Origin: an uncultured Gammaproteobacteria bacterium
GTDB lineage: Bacteria > Patescibacteriota > Patescibacteriia > UBA1558 > UBA10009
DNA length: 64,000 bases
Direction: 5' to 3'
Assembly (NCBI GenBank): GCA_964588165.1
Contig: CAZPMS010000001.1
Span: 27,303-91,302 of the forward strand
In this document: one piece after another, positions 11,001 through 21,468 of the stretch
Layout: each line of letters begins with the position of its first letter
Position numbering within the stretch: position 1 is the first letter of the stretch
Notes under the pieces: model-generated
The model's database searches: none
What the model was told of the DNA's origin: nothing
Seen by the model: only the letters and a program-made list of their open reading frames with translations
Made by a program: the position numbers and the translations under genes

Positions 11001-12371
11001 ATGAATTACTTTTGGCCCAAAATTAGCAGATTTTTAACCCTTTTAGGCGATCTTTGCCTATTTTATATAAGTCTTTTAATAACCCTCTTAATCAGATACC
11101 AAACGGGTTTTGATGAAGGAATTTGGGATCTTCATTGGCCTATCTTTTCTGGGCTGTTAGTTTTATGGTTGATAATCTTTTATTCTTTTAACTTGTACGA
11201 ATTAACTTTCAGTAAAAGAAATTTTGATTTTTTAAATAACTACTTTAAAGCTACTATTCTAAATACGGCTCTAGGAATTATTTATTTCTATATTCTTTCG
11301 CCAAAAACAGATATTTCTCCAAAAACAAATCTGATAATTTTGGTAGTAATTTTTTCTGTATTTTATCTGGTTTGGCACAAATTACTTTCTAAATTAACTA
11401 AAAACGAAAAATTTTATCAAAACCTTTTATTTATCGGTTATCAGCCTTTAATAAAAGAATTGCTGCCTAAATCAACTTCCAATAGACGCTTTGGCTTTAT
11501 CTTTAAAGGTTTAGTAGCAGATAATGAAACAAGCGATCTTAGAGACTTAAAACTGAAAAAATATGATATATCACAGCTTAATAAAGTAATTAAGAATGAA
11601 AAAATAGATCTTTTGGTAATTAATGAGCCAGACAACCAAAAAATAATTAATTTACTTTTTCAGGCAATCCCACTTAGAGTTAATTTTATAAGCTTAACAA
11701 ACTTTTACGAAAGAATAACAAACCGTATTCCTTTAAAAAATATCAGCAGGGGTTGGTTTTTAGAAAATTTTTCTGAAGGCAATAAAAGTTTTTTTGAATT
11801 CTTTAAAAGATTTATTGATTTATCTTTCTCAATTATTTTTGGAGTTATTTCCTTTTTCCTTATTCCATTTATAATTATTTTTATTAAATCCGATAGCAAA
11901 GGAAAAATTATTTTTAAACAAAAACGTGTAGGCAAAGACGGTAAAACTTTTATGGCCATGAAATTTAGAAGCATGTATGAAAATGCAGAAAAAAACGGGG
12001 CAGTTTGGGCTAAACAAGATGATCCGCGCATTACCAAAATTGGCAAGTTCTTAAGAAAAACCAGGCTAGATGAAATACCTCAACTTTGGAATATACTAAA
12101 AGGCGAAATGAGTTTTGTCGGCCCCCGCCCGGAAAGGCCTGAATTTATCGCCAAGCTAAAAGTAGAAATTCCTTTTTATAATGAACGCTTATTGGTTAAG
12201 CCGGGCTTAACAGGCTGGGCCCAAATTAACTTCCCTTACGCAGATTCAGTTGAGTCTACTCTCAAAAAACTTCAGTATGATCTCTACTACATTAAACATC
12301 GCTCGCTTATTTTAGACCTAAGTATTATTTTAAAAACTTTAAATATTATCTTAAAGCGAGGCGGTAGATAA
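11001..12371 (+). CDS. Priming polyprenyl glycosylphosphotransferase (WcaJ/WbaP family)
   Basis: N-terminal TMs; KFRSM, DDPRIT, LDEIPQLWN, GPRPERP, KPGLTGWAQ, YDLYY. Confidence 0.92.
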   Translation: MNYFWPKISRFLTLLGDLCLFYISLLITLLIRYQTGFDEGIWDLHWPIFSGLLVLWLIIFYSFNLYELTFSKRNFDFLNNYFKATILNTALGIIYFYILSPKTDISPKTNLIILVVIFSVFYLVWHKLLSKLTKNEKFYQNLLFIGYQPLIKELLPKSTSNRRFGFIFKGLVADNETSDLRDLKLKKYDISQLNKVIKNEKIDLLVINEPDNQKIINLLFQAIPLRVNFISLTNFYERITNRIPLKNISRGWFLENFSEGNKSFFEFFKRFIDLSFSIIFGVISFFLIPFIIIFIKSDSKGKIIFKQKRVGKDGKTFMAMKFRSMYENAEKNGAVWAKQDDPRITKIGKFLRKTRLDEIPQLWNILKGEMSFVGPRPERPEFIAKLKVEIPFYNERLLVKPGLTGWAQINFPYADSVESTLKKLQYDLYYIKHRSLILDLSIILKTLNIILKRGGR

Positions 12372-12421
12372 TTGATATTTAATGACTGATTATTAATGAT
12401 TAATGATTGATGAATAATTAA
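12371..12421. repeat. Degenerate 7-nt period repeat (TTAATGA-like) filling the intergenic gap
   Basis: tttaatgactgattattaatgattaatgattgatgaataatt. Confidence 0.5.
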
Positions 12422-12427
12422 TATTTT

Positions 12428-13390
12428 ATGAAGACAATATTACTAACTGGGGGTGCAGGATTTATAGGTTTCCATACAGCCAAAAAACTTCTGCAAAAAC
12501 GATATAAGGTTATTTTAATTGATAATTTAAATGATTATTATTCTCCTAAATTAAAAAAAGACAGGTTAAAACAAATTGAGTCTGAAGAAAATTTAAAAAT
12601 CCATAAAATAGACATCGCCAATCTTGATAATCTAAAAAAACTTTTTAAAGAAAATGAGGTAGAAATTATTTGCCATTTAGCTGCACAGCCCGGAGTTAGA
12701 TACTCTTTTGAAAACCCGGAAGCTTACCATCAATCAAATGTTAAAGGAACTTTTAACTTATTGGAATTGGCCAGAGAATACAAAATTAAAAAGTTTGTTT
12801 TTGCTTCCAGCTCTTCTGTTTACGGCAATAGCCAAAATGAGGCTTTTTTAGAAACTGATAATACAGATAAGCCAATTTCATTGTATGCAGCCACTAAAAA
12901 GGCCGGTGAGCTTCTGATTCATTATTATCATGATGCTTTTGGTTTAAATGTTATTGCCCTAAGGTTTTTTACAGTTTATGGCCCCTGGGGCCGGCCGGAT
13001 ATGGCTTACTACAAATTCAGCAAGTCAATTTTAGACGGTAAAACAATAGACGTTTATAATAAAGGCAGGCACCAACGGGATTTTACTTATATAGATGATA
13101 TTGTTGAAGGCATTATTAAATCTATTGAGTTTGAACAAAATGACCCTTACTTTGAAGTAGTTAATTTAGGCAACTCTAAGCCTGTTGAGCTGGAATACTT
13201 TATAGGAACTTTAGAAAAATTTTTGAGTAAAAAAGCTGATAAAAATTATTTGCCTATGCAGCCCGGTGATGTTTTAAAAACCTCCGCCAATATTGATAAA
13301 GCAAAAAGGCTGCTCAATTGGCAGCCCACTACTTCTATAGAACAAGGTTTAAAAAAATTTGTAGCTTGGTTTAAGGAATATAATAAATAA
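12428..13390 (+). CDS. UDP-glucuronate 4-epimerase-type extended SDR
   Basis: [46 protein letters not shown]. Confidence 0.9.
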   Translation: MKTILLTGGAGFIGFHTAKKLLQKRYKVILIDNLNDYYSPKLKKDRLKQIESEENLKIHKIDIANLDNLKKLFKENEVEIICHLAAQPGVRYSFENPEAYHQSNVKGTFNLLELAREYKIKKFVFASSSSVYGNSQNEAFLETDNTDKPISLYAATKKAGELLIHYYHDAFGLNVIALRFFTVYGPWGRPDMAYYKFSKSILDGKTIDVYNKGRHQRDFTYIDDIVEGIIKSIEFEQNDPYFEVVNLGNSKPVELEYFIGTLEKFLSKKADKNYLPMQPGDVLKTSANIDKAKRLLNWQPTTSIEQGLKKFVAWFKEYNK

Positions 13391-13391
13391 A

Positions 13392-14090
13392 TTATTTTTT
13401 CTTTAATAAAAACCTAGCCAATTCCAGATCAAAGTTATCATTAATATCTACAGATTTTTCGGCCGGCATAATATAAGGCACAGTCTTTTTACCAAAGAGG
13501 CTGTTTTTTAACAACACCGAACGCTTAGTTAAATACAAGCCGCCGTTCCGTTTAAACATTTTTGGGTAATCCTGCCTGCGCATGCCTTCTTTCTCTTTAG
13601 AAACGTAATCTTTTAACAGGCCGTTCTTAATTACTTTTAATTTCGCCGGATGGAAATCAGATAATTCATATACACTTGTTACCGAATCTGCCTTATGTTT
13701 GGCAGCAAGTTTGATAGATTCATCAATATTTTTACCTGATAAAAAAGGATTTGTTGGCTGCAGACAGATGATATAATCGTATTTAGTTTTGTTTAGTTTT
13801 TCCATTTCTTTTAGCCCATGAACTAAAACATCAATTGATTTTGCAGTATTAGATGCCAATTTTTTAGGCCTAATAAAAGGCACCTTGGCTTTATATTGTT
13901 CGGCAACCTTTTTAATCTTAATATCATCCGTAGAGACAATTACCTCATCAGTAAGCTTACTGGCTAAGGCAGCTTTAATTATATAAGAAATTAACGGCTG
14001 GCCGTTTACTTTAACAATATTTTTATAAGGAATGCTTTTTGAGCCTCCTCTGGCCGTAATAATGGCTAAAATTTTTTTATTTTTTATCAT
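13392..14090 (-). CDS. neuA: CMP-nonulosonate synthetase (acylneuraminate cytidylyltransferase) 1
   Basis: ARGGSKSIPYKN, VSTDD, LQPTNP, NGGLY, SVDIND. Confidence 0.9.
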   Translation of the reverse strand: MIKNKKILAIITARGGSKSIPYKNIVKVNGQPLISYIIKAALASKLTDEVIVSTDDIKIKKVAEQYKAKVPFIRPKKLASNTAKSIDVLVHGLKEMEKLNKTKYDYIICLQPTNPFLSGKNIDESIKLAAKHKADSVTSVYELSDFHPAKLKVIKNGLLKDYVSKEKEGMRRQDYPKMFKRNGGLYLTKRSVLLKNSLFGKKTVPYIMPAEKSVDINDNFDLELARFLLKKK

Positions 14091-15234
14091 AAAAACTTTT
14101 CTGAGTGTATAAATTTATATTTTCTAAAATATTAATTATTTTTTCACTAGTATTTAGTTGGTAAAAATAATTATCCTGTTCATATTTGCCATGTTCAACC
14201 TGAAAATCAATGCCTGCTTTAATCTCATCTGCTAAATAATTAACCTGTTTAACATTTTTACCTTGGTAGCGATTATTCTGCCTATTACCCACTAAAATAT
14301 AAGGAGTTCCCAGATAAGAACATTCTTTTATGCCGGCTGATGAATTACCAATTAAACACGTAGTTCTTTTTAATAAATTCAAAAATTGTTCGGCTGGTAA
14401 GTGGCCAATAAATCTGATATTTTGCGGGCTATTTTCTTTAATGTAATCTTTAATAGACAGGGTAACATCATTGTTGCCGGCATCAATATTTGGGGCAAAC
14501 CAGAGAGTGGGCATATTTTTATTATCAACTGCTTTAAGAATTTCTTTAACATGTTTATAATTATCTTCTTCTGAAGTAACAGGATGCTGCATAACCATTA
14601 GAAAAGGTTTAACTACATCAACTTCTGCTCCTTTGCCGTTTTTATTAACAAATGAAAAGTCAGTAATCTCTGATAGATAATTTAGGTATTCAATATCTAA
14701 AGAACCAACATTAGAAACATAGTTTGGATTCTCGCCCATAGCTAAAACCCTTTGTTTGGATTTTTCGTTAGTTACAAAATGAATATGGGACAGTTTAGTA
14801 ATGGCATGCCGTACACTTTCATCAATATTGCCGGAAACATCACCGCCTTCTATATGGACGATAGTTTTATTCATATAAGCTGCCACAATAGCAGCTGCCA
14901 GCATTTCGTACCTATCCCCTCTTACCACCACAAATTTTGGATTTAGTTTTTGAATAGCTTTAGAAAGTTTTAAAATTATTTTGCCGGTTATCTGGGACAT
15001 GGCCAAATTATCGCCCTTGCCAATATTAACTACCAACTGTTTATTTACTTTAAAACCTTCATCGGCCAGTTCTTTTAAAACATTGCCGTGCTTTTCCATT
15101 AAAGCCGATCCGCCAATTACCAACTGCAGTTTTAAATTATAATTTGGCAGCAATAATTTTAACAGGTGTTTGCATCTGGCAAAATGCACCCGGCTGGTTA
15201 TTACAAAACAGATTTTTTTAGGATTATTTTTCAT
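14077..15234 (-). CDS. neuC: Hydrolysing UDP-GlcNAc 2-epimerase
   Basis: RGDRYE, HIEGGDVSGNIDESVRHAITKLSH, QHPVT, GNSSAG, GNRQ. Confidence 0.9.
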   Translation of the reverse strand: MKNNPKKICFVITSRVHFARCKHLLKLLLPNYNLKLQLVIGGSALMEKHGNVLKELADEGFKVNKQLVVNIGKGDNLAMSQITGKIILKLSKAIQKLNPKFVVVRGDRYEMLAAAIVAAYMNKTIVHIEGGDVSGNIDESVRHAITKLSHIHFVTNEKSKQRVLAMGENPNYVSNVGSLDIEYLNYLSEITDFSFVNKNGKGAEVDVVKPFLMVMQHPVTSEEDNYKHVKEILKAVDNKNMPTLWFAPNIDAGNNDVTLSIKDYIKENSPQNIRFIGHLPAEQFLNLLKRTTCLIGNSSAGIKECSYLGTPYILVGNRQNNRYQGKNVKQVNYLADEIKAGIDFQVEHGKYEQDNYFYQLNTSEKIINILENINLYTQKSFYDKK

Positions 15235-15236
15235 AA

Positions 15237-16064
15237 TTATTTCCCCCAGCGGCCAATATAAAACAGCCGATTGTTTTCTTCTTCTTCAGAAAGCTGCCGA
15301 TGTTCTTCACCAAATAATGATTTATTATCTATAGCAACCTTTTTAAGCTCTTCAGGATTTTTAGCCAGCTCAATAATTTTTTTTAAGCCATTTGTATCTA
15401 CTGAAACCGGCTGGTCTTTTGTTTGCCAGCTTCTATCCAGTATATAGTGCCTTTCCAAAAAATCAACTCCAATATGCATGGCAATGGCGCTGGCCCTAAA
15501 ATCATCACCTGCAGAATGGTCGCTGTAGCCAACTTGTGGCGCTAAGGTCCTTAACCAATTAATCCTGTTTAAATTGAATTGATCATCTTTAATTGGATAT
15601 TTAGAAACACAATGAAGCAAAGCAAAATTTTTAGCTTTAGCTTTTAAAATTTCAGTGGTTTTTATAACCTCTTCGTCATAATGCATGCCGGTTGAAACAA
15701 TAATATGTTCAAATTTTTTAGCTAAATTTTCCAAAAGTTCATAGTTAGCACATTCCGCACTTCCCACTTTAATATACTTAAGGCCCAAGCTTCCTAAAAA
15801 ATTTACTGAACCGGAATTAAAACAGGTGGTTAAAAATTCTATACCTGCTTTTTTAGCTTCAGCCATTAGCTCCATATGAGCTTCTTCGGAAAGTTCAAAC
15901 TTAGACATTTCATCAGCTTGCCCTCTGGTGTTATCTTCGGCTTTCCATGATTGGAATTTTATAAAATCGGCTCCAACTTCTTTAGCCTGATGGATCATTT
16001 CTTTAGCAATTGATAGATCACCTTTATGATTAGCACAGGCATCTGCAATAATTTTTAATTTCAT
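15237..16064 (-). CDS. neuB: Nonulosonate synthase 1 (NeuB family, no C-terminal SAF domain)
   Basis: NHKGD, KFQ, IIVSTGM, LHCVSKYP, GYSDH, ERH. Confidence 0.82.
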   Translation of the reverse strand: MKLKIIADACANHKGDLSIAKEMIHQAKEVGADFIKFQSWKAEDNTRGQADEMSKFELSEEAHMELMAEAKKAGIEFLTTCFNSGSVNFLGSLGLKYIKVGSAECANYELLENLAKKFEHIIVSTGMHYDEEVIKTTEILKAKAKNFALLHCVSKYPIKDDQFNLNRINWLRTLAPQVGYSDHSAGDDFRASAIAMHIGVDFLERHYILDRSWQTKDQPVSVDTNGLKKIIELAKNPEELKKVAIDNKSLFGEEHRQLSEEEENNRLFYIGRWGK

Positions 16065-16065
16065 A

Positions 16066-16764
16066 CTATTTATTCTTTCTTAAAAAGTAACATAATTTAT
16101 CGGAAAAAAATTCACTTTTTGGGTGCTTAATTTTTATTTTAGCAAAAATCCAAAATCCCGGACGTTTTCTTTCTCTATAAATTGCTTTTTCTACTTTAAA
16201 ATTCTTAAGAAGCATCATAAAAATATCTTTGGGAATAAAAGAGATATGATTATGAAGTTTACGGCGCCTGTAATCTGATTTATGATAGCCCTCTATTTTA
16301 TTTCTGAATAAAAATTTTAGCCTGCTATAAAAATTCCAGCCATTGGGCATAGAAATAATAAATAAACCGCCCGGTTTTAAAACTCTATCCACTTCACGCA
16401 GGTGATTAAAAGGATTTTCTAAATGTTCAATTAACTGGAACGAAGTAACTACCTCAAAGCTGTTATCGGCAAATGGTAATTTTTCAAAACTCAAATCCAC
16501 TTGGTAGAAAGGTTTTTGTTTTTCGTGAACCCGGTAGTCATCAATATCAACCATTTTAATTTTATTTTGCTTGAATTTTTCAGAAAGTACCTTGCCAAAT
16601 AAACCACTGCCGCAGCCCAAATCCAAAATCTCTAGATCATTAGATAGCTTGCTGATCTCTTGCCAAAATTCATCTCGGCCATAAACCCAGGAATTAAGCT
16701 TGGTTAAAGACTTTTTATATTCCTCAAAATTATCGGCTAATTCTTCTTTGCTAAAATATTTCAT
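16066..16764 (-). CDS. Class I SAM-dependent methyltransferase
   Basis: LDLGCGSG, LPFADNSF, EHL, VLKPGG; ATG at 16764 overlaps upstream stop (TAATG). Confidence 0.85.
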   Translation of the reverse strand: MKYFSKEELADNFEEYKKSLTKLNSWVYGRDEFWQEISKLSNDLEILDLGCGSGLFGKVLSEKFKQNKIKMVDIDDYRVHEKQKPFYQVDLSFEKLPFADNSFEVVTSFQLIEHLENPFNHLREVDRVLKPGGLFIISMPNGWNFYSRLKFLFRNKIEGYHKSDYRRRKLHNHISFIPKDIFMMLLKNFKVEKAIYRERKRPGFWIFAKIKIKHPKSEFFSDKLCYFLRKNK

Positions 16765-17570
16765 TACTTTTTGCCTACCAAAAAATGGCACTGTGACATT
16801 AAATAATTAGTTTTGTAAGGCTGTTTTAAAAAGACTCTTCTTAAACCAACCCAAGCCTTCCAAACCTTTGTAACTTTTTTATCCCATTTTATGCTCATAG
16901 GGGCAAATAAAGGAACGGGATTGGCATTTACCGTGTAACAATCTTTAAAGCCAGCTTCCTCAGCTTTCTTTCTATAAACTGACGGTTGGTCATTATTCCT
17001 GTAATAATCACTCTGCAATTTGGCTACCGGCTGGAAGATTTTTTTGAATAATTTGTAAACTTTATTTATTTCTTGAATAGAAAATTTGCCCGGCACGTTC
17101 ATGGATATCATAAGCCCGCCCGGTTTTAAAACCCGGTATTGCTCTTTAATTATCTGCTGATAATTCTCCAGGTGTTCAAGCAGACCCATGGAAATGGTTA
17201 AATCAAAGCTATTGTCTTCAAATGGCAATTTTGCTGAATCACCCACCATAAAAGTTCCATCTTGATTATATTTTTTAAAATTATTTTTAGCCAGCTCAAT
17301 GGCTTCATCTGATAAATCCAATAAAGTCATTTTTACGCCATCATAATCAGATAAATAAAGTGAAATGGTTCCCCTGCCACAACCCAGTTCTAAACCTGAT
17401 TCAATTTTTTTATCGCCAATAAATGACCTTATTAATTTGTGGTAGTTAACAAAAGTCAGTTGACGCTGGGTTATTGGCTTAAAACCTTTGGGCACAAATA
17501 AATCAGTTTCTTCAAACTTATCTTTATCCAAGGTTTTTTGCCATTTATCTGAAAATTGCTTATTATCCAT
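16764..17570 (-). CDS. Class I SAM-dependent methyltransferase
   Basis: LELGCGRG, LPFEDNSFD, VLKPGG; start MDNKQF at 17570. Confidence 0.85.
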   Translation of the reverse strand: MDNKQFSDKWQKTLDKDKFEETDLFVPKGFKPITQRQLTFVNYHKLIRSFIGDKKIESGLELGCGRGTISLYLSDYDGVKMTLLDLSDEAIELAKNNFKKYNQDGTFMVGDSAKLPFEDNSFDLTISMGLLEHLENYQQIIKEQYRVLKPGGLMISMNVPGKFSIQEINKVYKLFKKIFQPVAKLQSDYYRNNDQPSVYRKKAEEAGFKDCYTVNANPVPLFAPMSIKWDKKVTKVWKAWVGLRRVFLKQPYKTNYLMSQCHFLVGKK

Positions 17571-18519
17571 TCTTGAAATGTTTCTTAATCTTATTAGCAA
17601 TAAACACCTCTGTTTTAGCCCATGACTCATAGGTAGCTCCGCCTAGATGATGAACCAATAATAAATTACGATTGGCTTTGGCGAATTTAACCATATGATT
17701 GCTAAGTAAATTCTTTTTAATTTTATGTTCGTTCCTAATTACATCTGTAGCAGCACCAGCCAGCCAGCCGTTTTTTAGGCCTTTTAATAATGCCTTTTCG
17801 TCAATCAACTCACCTCGGGCTGTATTAATAAACAAAGCATTGCTTTTCATCATTTTAAAATGGCGTTCCTTAACCATATCTTCAGTTTTATCTGTCAGCA
17901 AGACATGGCAGGAAAGAACATCTGACTTCTTAAATAAATCATTCATGAAAACTTGCTTAACTTTGGCCTTGGTAAATTCTGACTTTTTAAGGTGAGGATC
18001 ATAGGCTATTACTTCCATGCCAAAAGCTTTTCCGTACGTGGCAACTTTTTTACCCAATCTGCCCAGTCCTAAAATACCTAAAACCCGGCCGTTTAATTCA
18101 TAACCGGCATTAGTATCTCTTTCCCACTTACCCTTTTTAAGTGTTTCAAAACTCCAAGGGATATTTCTGATTAAAGCCAGAAGTAATCCCCAAGTAAGTT
18201 CGGCCGTAGCATGAACACCAGATAGAAATTTTGTATCACCCCTTAAGCTGGCCACAGTAACATTCTTTTTCTCAGCAGCTTTTAGATCAATATGATTCAA
18301 GCCAGTGGTATTAGTGCCTATAACTTTAAGATTAGGAAACTGATCCATAAATTTCTTATTTATCATATTTTCCAGTTTAATAACCAAAATTGTAATTTTT
18401 TTGCCAATAGCTTTATTTTTTTTATACTGGTCCCAAGTATAAACGCGGCCGATTTTTTTATAAATATCGGTGGCGGCTTTGGAATAATACTCTGGTTCGG
18501 CAATTAATGTATGTTCCAT
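17563..18519 (-). CDS. D-isomer-specific 2-hydroxyacid dehydrogenase (SerA-like)
   Basis: GLNHID, GILGLGRLG, INTARGE, HHLGG. Confidence 0.85.
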   Translation of the reverse strand: MEHTLIAEPEYYSKAATDIYKKIGRVYTWDQYKKNKAIGKKITILVIKLENMINKKFMDQFPNLKVIGTNTTGLNHIDLKAAEKKNVTVASLRGDTKFLSGVHATAELTWGLLLALIRNIPWSFETLKKGKWERDTNAGYELNGRVLGILGLGRLGKKVATYGKAFGMEVIAYDPHLKKSEFTKAKVKQVFMNDLFKKSDVLSCHVLLTDKTEDMVKERHFKMMKSNALFINTARGELIDEKALLKGLKNGWLAGAATDVIRNEHKIKKNLLSNHMVKFAKANRNLLLVHHLGGATYESWAKTEVFIANKIKKHFKNG

Positions 18520-18543
18520 AAAATTATAATTATTTTATCTTAA

Positions 18544-19920
18544 TTATGATATTTTTTCTACCTCTTTGTTCACAAATTTAGCCATTCTCTCACCGGCCCG
18601 GCCGTCAAACTGGCCATATTGCTGCTTAATCATGGCCTGTCTGCCTGCTTTATCAGTTTCTGGATTTTGAATATAAAGATTGATGGTTTTTATAAGCTCA
18701 TCAAAATTGTAAGATAACTTAGTTCCTCCAGTTGAAAATAATTTAGCGTTATGAGTTTTTATATAAATCCATTCCACAAATTTACGTCCTTTAGCTGGCC
18801 TGTCATCAAAAACAATATTTATAAGCGGTAGATCAAATGCAGCTCCATCTATATTTAAAGTTGAACCGTAATTCATCATTACTTCTGCATAATAAAGTGA
18901 GTTGGCAAAATGGCGCATATCATCTTTAGTAAATTCCCAATCTTTCCTGCCCACACCCCAGTCATTTGCAGCACCCGGATTAAAATAGTTGCCGGGCTTA
19001 TCATATTTAACAACCGGATCATTTAGATTATATTGAGTCATATCTTCATCATCTGTTGGCGCGAACCTGACTAAAATCTGCATATCTTTAGGAAGCTGCC
19101 CATTAATTATCTCATTTTTTAGATCTTTAATGAGATTTTGCCAAGACCATTTTAAGGAATTAACCGGCGGACAAAACAATAAAAACTTTTTACTGGGATC
19201 AAGCCCGACTTTTTTACAAAAATCTTCCTTGCTGTCTGGCTGGTAGTTCACATAATAATCAAAGTGCGGCATACCAACCACTTCTATATCTTTATTTTTC
19301 ATGTTTGACCATTTTAAAGCTTCAGACTTTACATAATTGTTATGGACAACCAATTTATCAGGCAAAATTCTCATAATTCCACGGGTAGATAGATTATCCC
19401 AGGAATTTACCACAGCTACAGACTTTACTTGGCGTTTTTTAGCTTCCCTTAACATGGCCATATTTTCTTTGCCATAAATATGCGGGCAAAAAACTAAATC
19501 TGGTTTATATTTTTCAAAATATGGGCCAAAAAAATTATCAGACATTACTTGCAAATATTTTTTGTAATATTTTTTCCTGGCGCACGGGATAATGCTGAGA
19601 ATTCTGATGGCAATTGACTTTAATAAATATTTGAACGGATTTTTGGCGGACATCTTCTGTTTTATAAAATTGGTTTTGGAATCCAAAAATAAATAGCTTT
19701 TATTGTTAATTTTTAGAGCATCTTTATTATCGGTATGGAAATCTACCGGTTCTAAAATTAAATTTTCTTGTTTGAATTCTTCAGCATAAAACTTAGCCTT
19801 TATTTTAGGATAAAATACCACCACCCTGTGACCGGCAGCTAAAATATTTCCTAAAACTGAAGTTCTTAGAATGTTTCTGGCCACATGGCCGAAGAATATG
19901 GGAATAAAAATGGTTTTCAT
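18544..19920 (-). CDS. GT-B/TagF-like transferase paralog 1 (putative nonulosonate transferase)
   Basis: SWDNLSTRG, GMPHFDYY, STLNIDGAAFD; context of neu genes. Confidence 0.6.
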   Translation of the reverse strand: MKTIFIPIFFGHVARNILRTSVLGNILAAGHRVVVFYPKIKAKFYAEEFKQENLILEPVDFHTDNKDALKINNKSYLFLDSKTNFIKQKMSAKNPFKYLLKSIAIRILSIIPCARKKYYKKYLQVMSDNFFGPYFEKYKPDLVFCPHIYGKENMAMLREAKKRQVKSVAVVNSWDNLSTRGIMRILPDKLVVHNNYVKSEALKWSNMKNKDIEVVGMPHFDYYVNYQPDSKEDFCKKVGLDPSKKFLLFCPPVNSLKWSWQNLIKDLKNEIINGQLPKDMQILVRFAPTDDEDMTQYNLNDPVVKYDKPGNYFNPGAANDWGVGRKDWEFTKDDMRHFANSLYYAEVMMNYGSTLNIDGAAFDLPLINIVFDDRPAKGRKFVEWIYIKTHNAKLFSTGGTKLSYNFDELIKTINLYIQNPETDKAGRQAMIKQQYGQFDGRAGERMAKFVNKEVEKIS

Positions 19921-19934
19921 AAATTCTAATAGCT

Positions 19935-20016
19935 ACGCTGACGTCGCTGACAGACGCGAACCGCGAACTAATTTAGTCTGCGGTCAGCGGTTTGCGCTAG
20001 TTCGCGCTGTCTGCGT
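19935..20016. repeat. Periodic imperfect palindrome, CGCNGAC x4 / GTCNGCG x5
   Basis: acgctgac gt cgctgac aga cgcgaac cgcgaac taattta gtctgcg gtcagcg gtttgcg cta gttcgcg ct gtctgcgt. Confidence 0.8.
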
Positions 20017-21394
20017 TATTACTTATTTTATTTAAATAATCTAAAACATAATTGCCAACTCGCTGGCTACACTGCCCGTCAAACTTCCAGGTTAGTTCTT
20101 TAAGGATCCTGCTCCTACCCTCCTTTTCCTGCCTTGGATTTTTTAAGTATGAATTAATTTGTTTGACCAACTCCTGGTTGCTTCTGGCCATCTTCATGCA
20201 ATTTGCCTTAAGTACCGGCTGGTAATGGTCATTTTTATAAATATACCTGATGCTGATTTTAGTTGAATCAGGTTTAACAACATCATAGTCAATATTTATA
20301 ACCGGCTTATCTAAAGCAGCCGCATCAACTGTCATAGTGGAAGCAAAGTTGATGGTAACTGATGAATAGTAAATTGAATCAGCCAAGTGCTGCATGTCGG
20401 CTGTTAAAAACTCCCAGTCGTTACGGTAATTGTCTAAAGGAAACTGTTTGCCCGGCACATCATAAATAATATTTTGGTTTGATTTGAATTCACCCAGCTC
20501 TTTATTATAACTTGGCGCCAGCCTAACCAGCAGTTTTATTTTTTCATCAATCTCACCATTACTAATAGCTTGATCTAAATATTTAATAATTTCTTTAACA
20601 CTATCGCGGTAATGTCCAAAAAAAGGCGCAAATAAAATTAATTTATATTCTGGGCTAACGCCGATTTTTTTATAAAAATCTTCTTTGGCAGAAGGCTTAT
20701 AGCCAACATAATAATCAAAAATAGGCACGCCCGATGTGTAAATATCTTTTTCTTTCATATCAGCATACTTTATAGCTTCCTCCTTCATTAAATCAGTATG
20801 AACAATAATTTTATCTGGCCTAACCCTTACTACGCCTTTAGAGGTTAAATTATCCCAGCCTCTAACCATGGCAATTTTAGGCACCTTTTTCTTTTTAGCT
20901 TGTTTTAAAAACAAAGCGTCGGCCGGCGCTAAAACATCTGTTACAAAAACTAGGTCCGGCTTATACTTATCAAAATAGTTGCCAAATATTTTTTCCGGTA
21001 CTACCACAAAATCCAGCCAACGTACGAAATTTCTAAGCATCCGACTGCCCGAAAAAACTTTAGACAAAATTCTGCCCAGAGCATATCTTAATTTATTTTT
21101 ATCGGATGAATATTCAATTAACTGCAAACTTTTTTTAGACTGGGTATTTAAAAAACTTTTAGCCAAAAAATCAAAAAAGAATTCTACTTTACCTTTTTTA
21201 TGTTTCCATTCTACAGGCTCAAAAATGACATTCTTAAAGTGTCCATATTTTTCTTTAAAGAATTTTTCCTTGAGCGGTGGAACAAAACAAATAATCTTGA
21301 TATTTGGATTATCAAGAATTGGTTTAAGCATGTCTGTTATAAAAAGATTTCTGGTGCACATGCCATGGAACACGGGAATGAATAATGTTTTCAT
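19997..21394 (-). CDS. GT-B/TagF-like transferase paralog 2 (putative nonulosonate transferase)
   Basis: GWDNLTSKG, GVPIFDYY, STMTVDAAALDKP; aligns with 18544..19920. Confidence 0.6.
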   Translation of the reverse strand: MKTLFIPVFHGMCTRNLFITDMLKPILDNPNIKIICFVPPLKEKFFKEKYGHFKNVIFEPVEWKHKKGKVEFFFDFLAKSFLNTQSKKSLQLIEYSSDKNKLRYALGRILSKVFSGSRMLRNFVRWLDFVVVPEKIFGNYFDKYKPDLVFVTDVLAPADALFLKQAKKKKVPKIAMVRGWDNLTSKGVVRVRPDKIIVHTDLMKEEAIKYADMKEKDIYTSGVPIFDYYVGYKPSAKEDFYKKIGVSPEYKLILFAPFFGHYRDSVKEIIKYLDQAISNGEIDEKIKLLVRLAPSYNKELGEFKSNQNIIYDVPGKQFPLDNYRNDWEFLTADMQHLADSIYYSSVTINFASTMTVDAAALDKPVINIDYDVVKPDSTKISIRYIYKNDHYQPVLKANCMKMARSNQELVKQINSYLKNPRQEKEGRSRILKELTWKFDGQCSQRVGNYVLDYLNKISNNADSAN

Positions 21395-21409
21395 TTACTA
21401 TTTTCATTA

Positions 21410-21466
21410 AACGCGCCACAACTTCGCTGTACGAACGCGCCACGGCGCGTTCCTACGTGGCGCGTT
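21410..21466. repeat. 28-bp GTAC/GTAG REP (21429-21456) nested within an older REP-like stem
   Basis: aacgcgccac-aacttcgct-[gtacgaacgcgccacggcgcgttcctac]-gtggcgcgtt. Confidence 0.85.
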
Positions 21467-21468
21467 AA

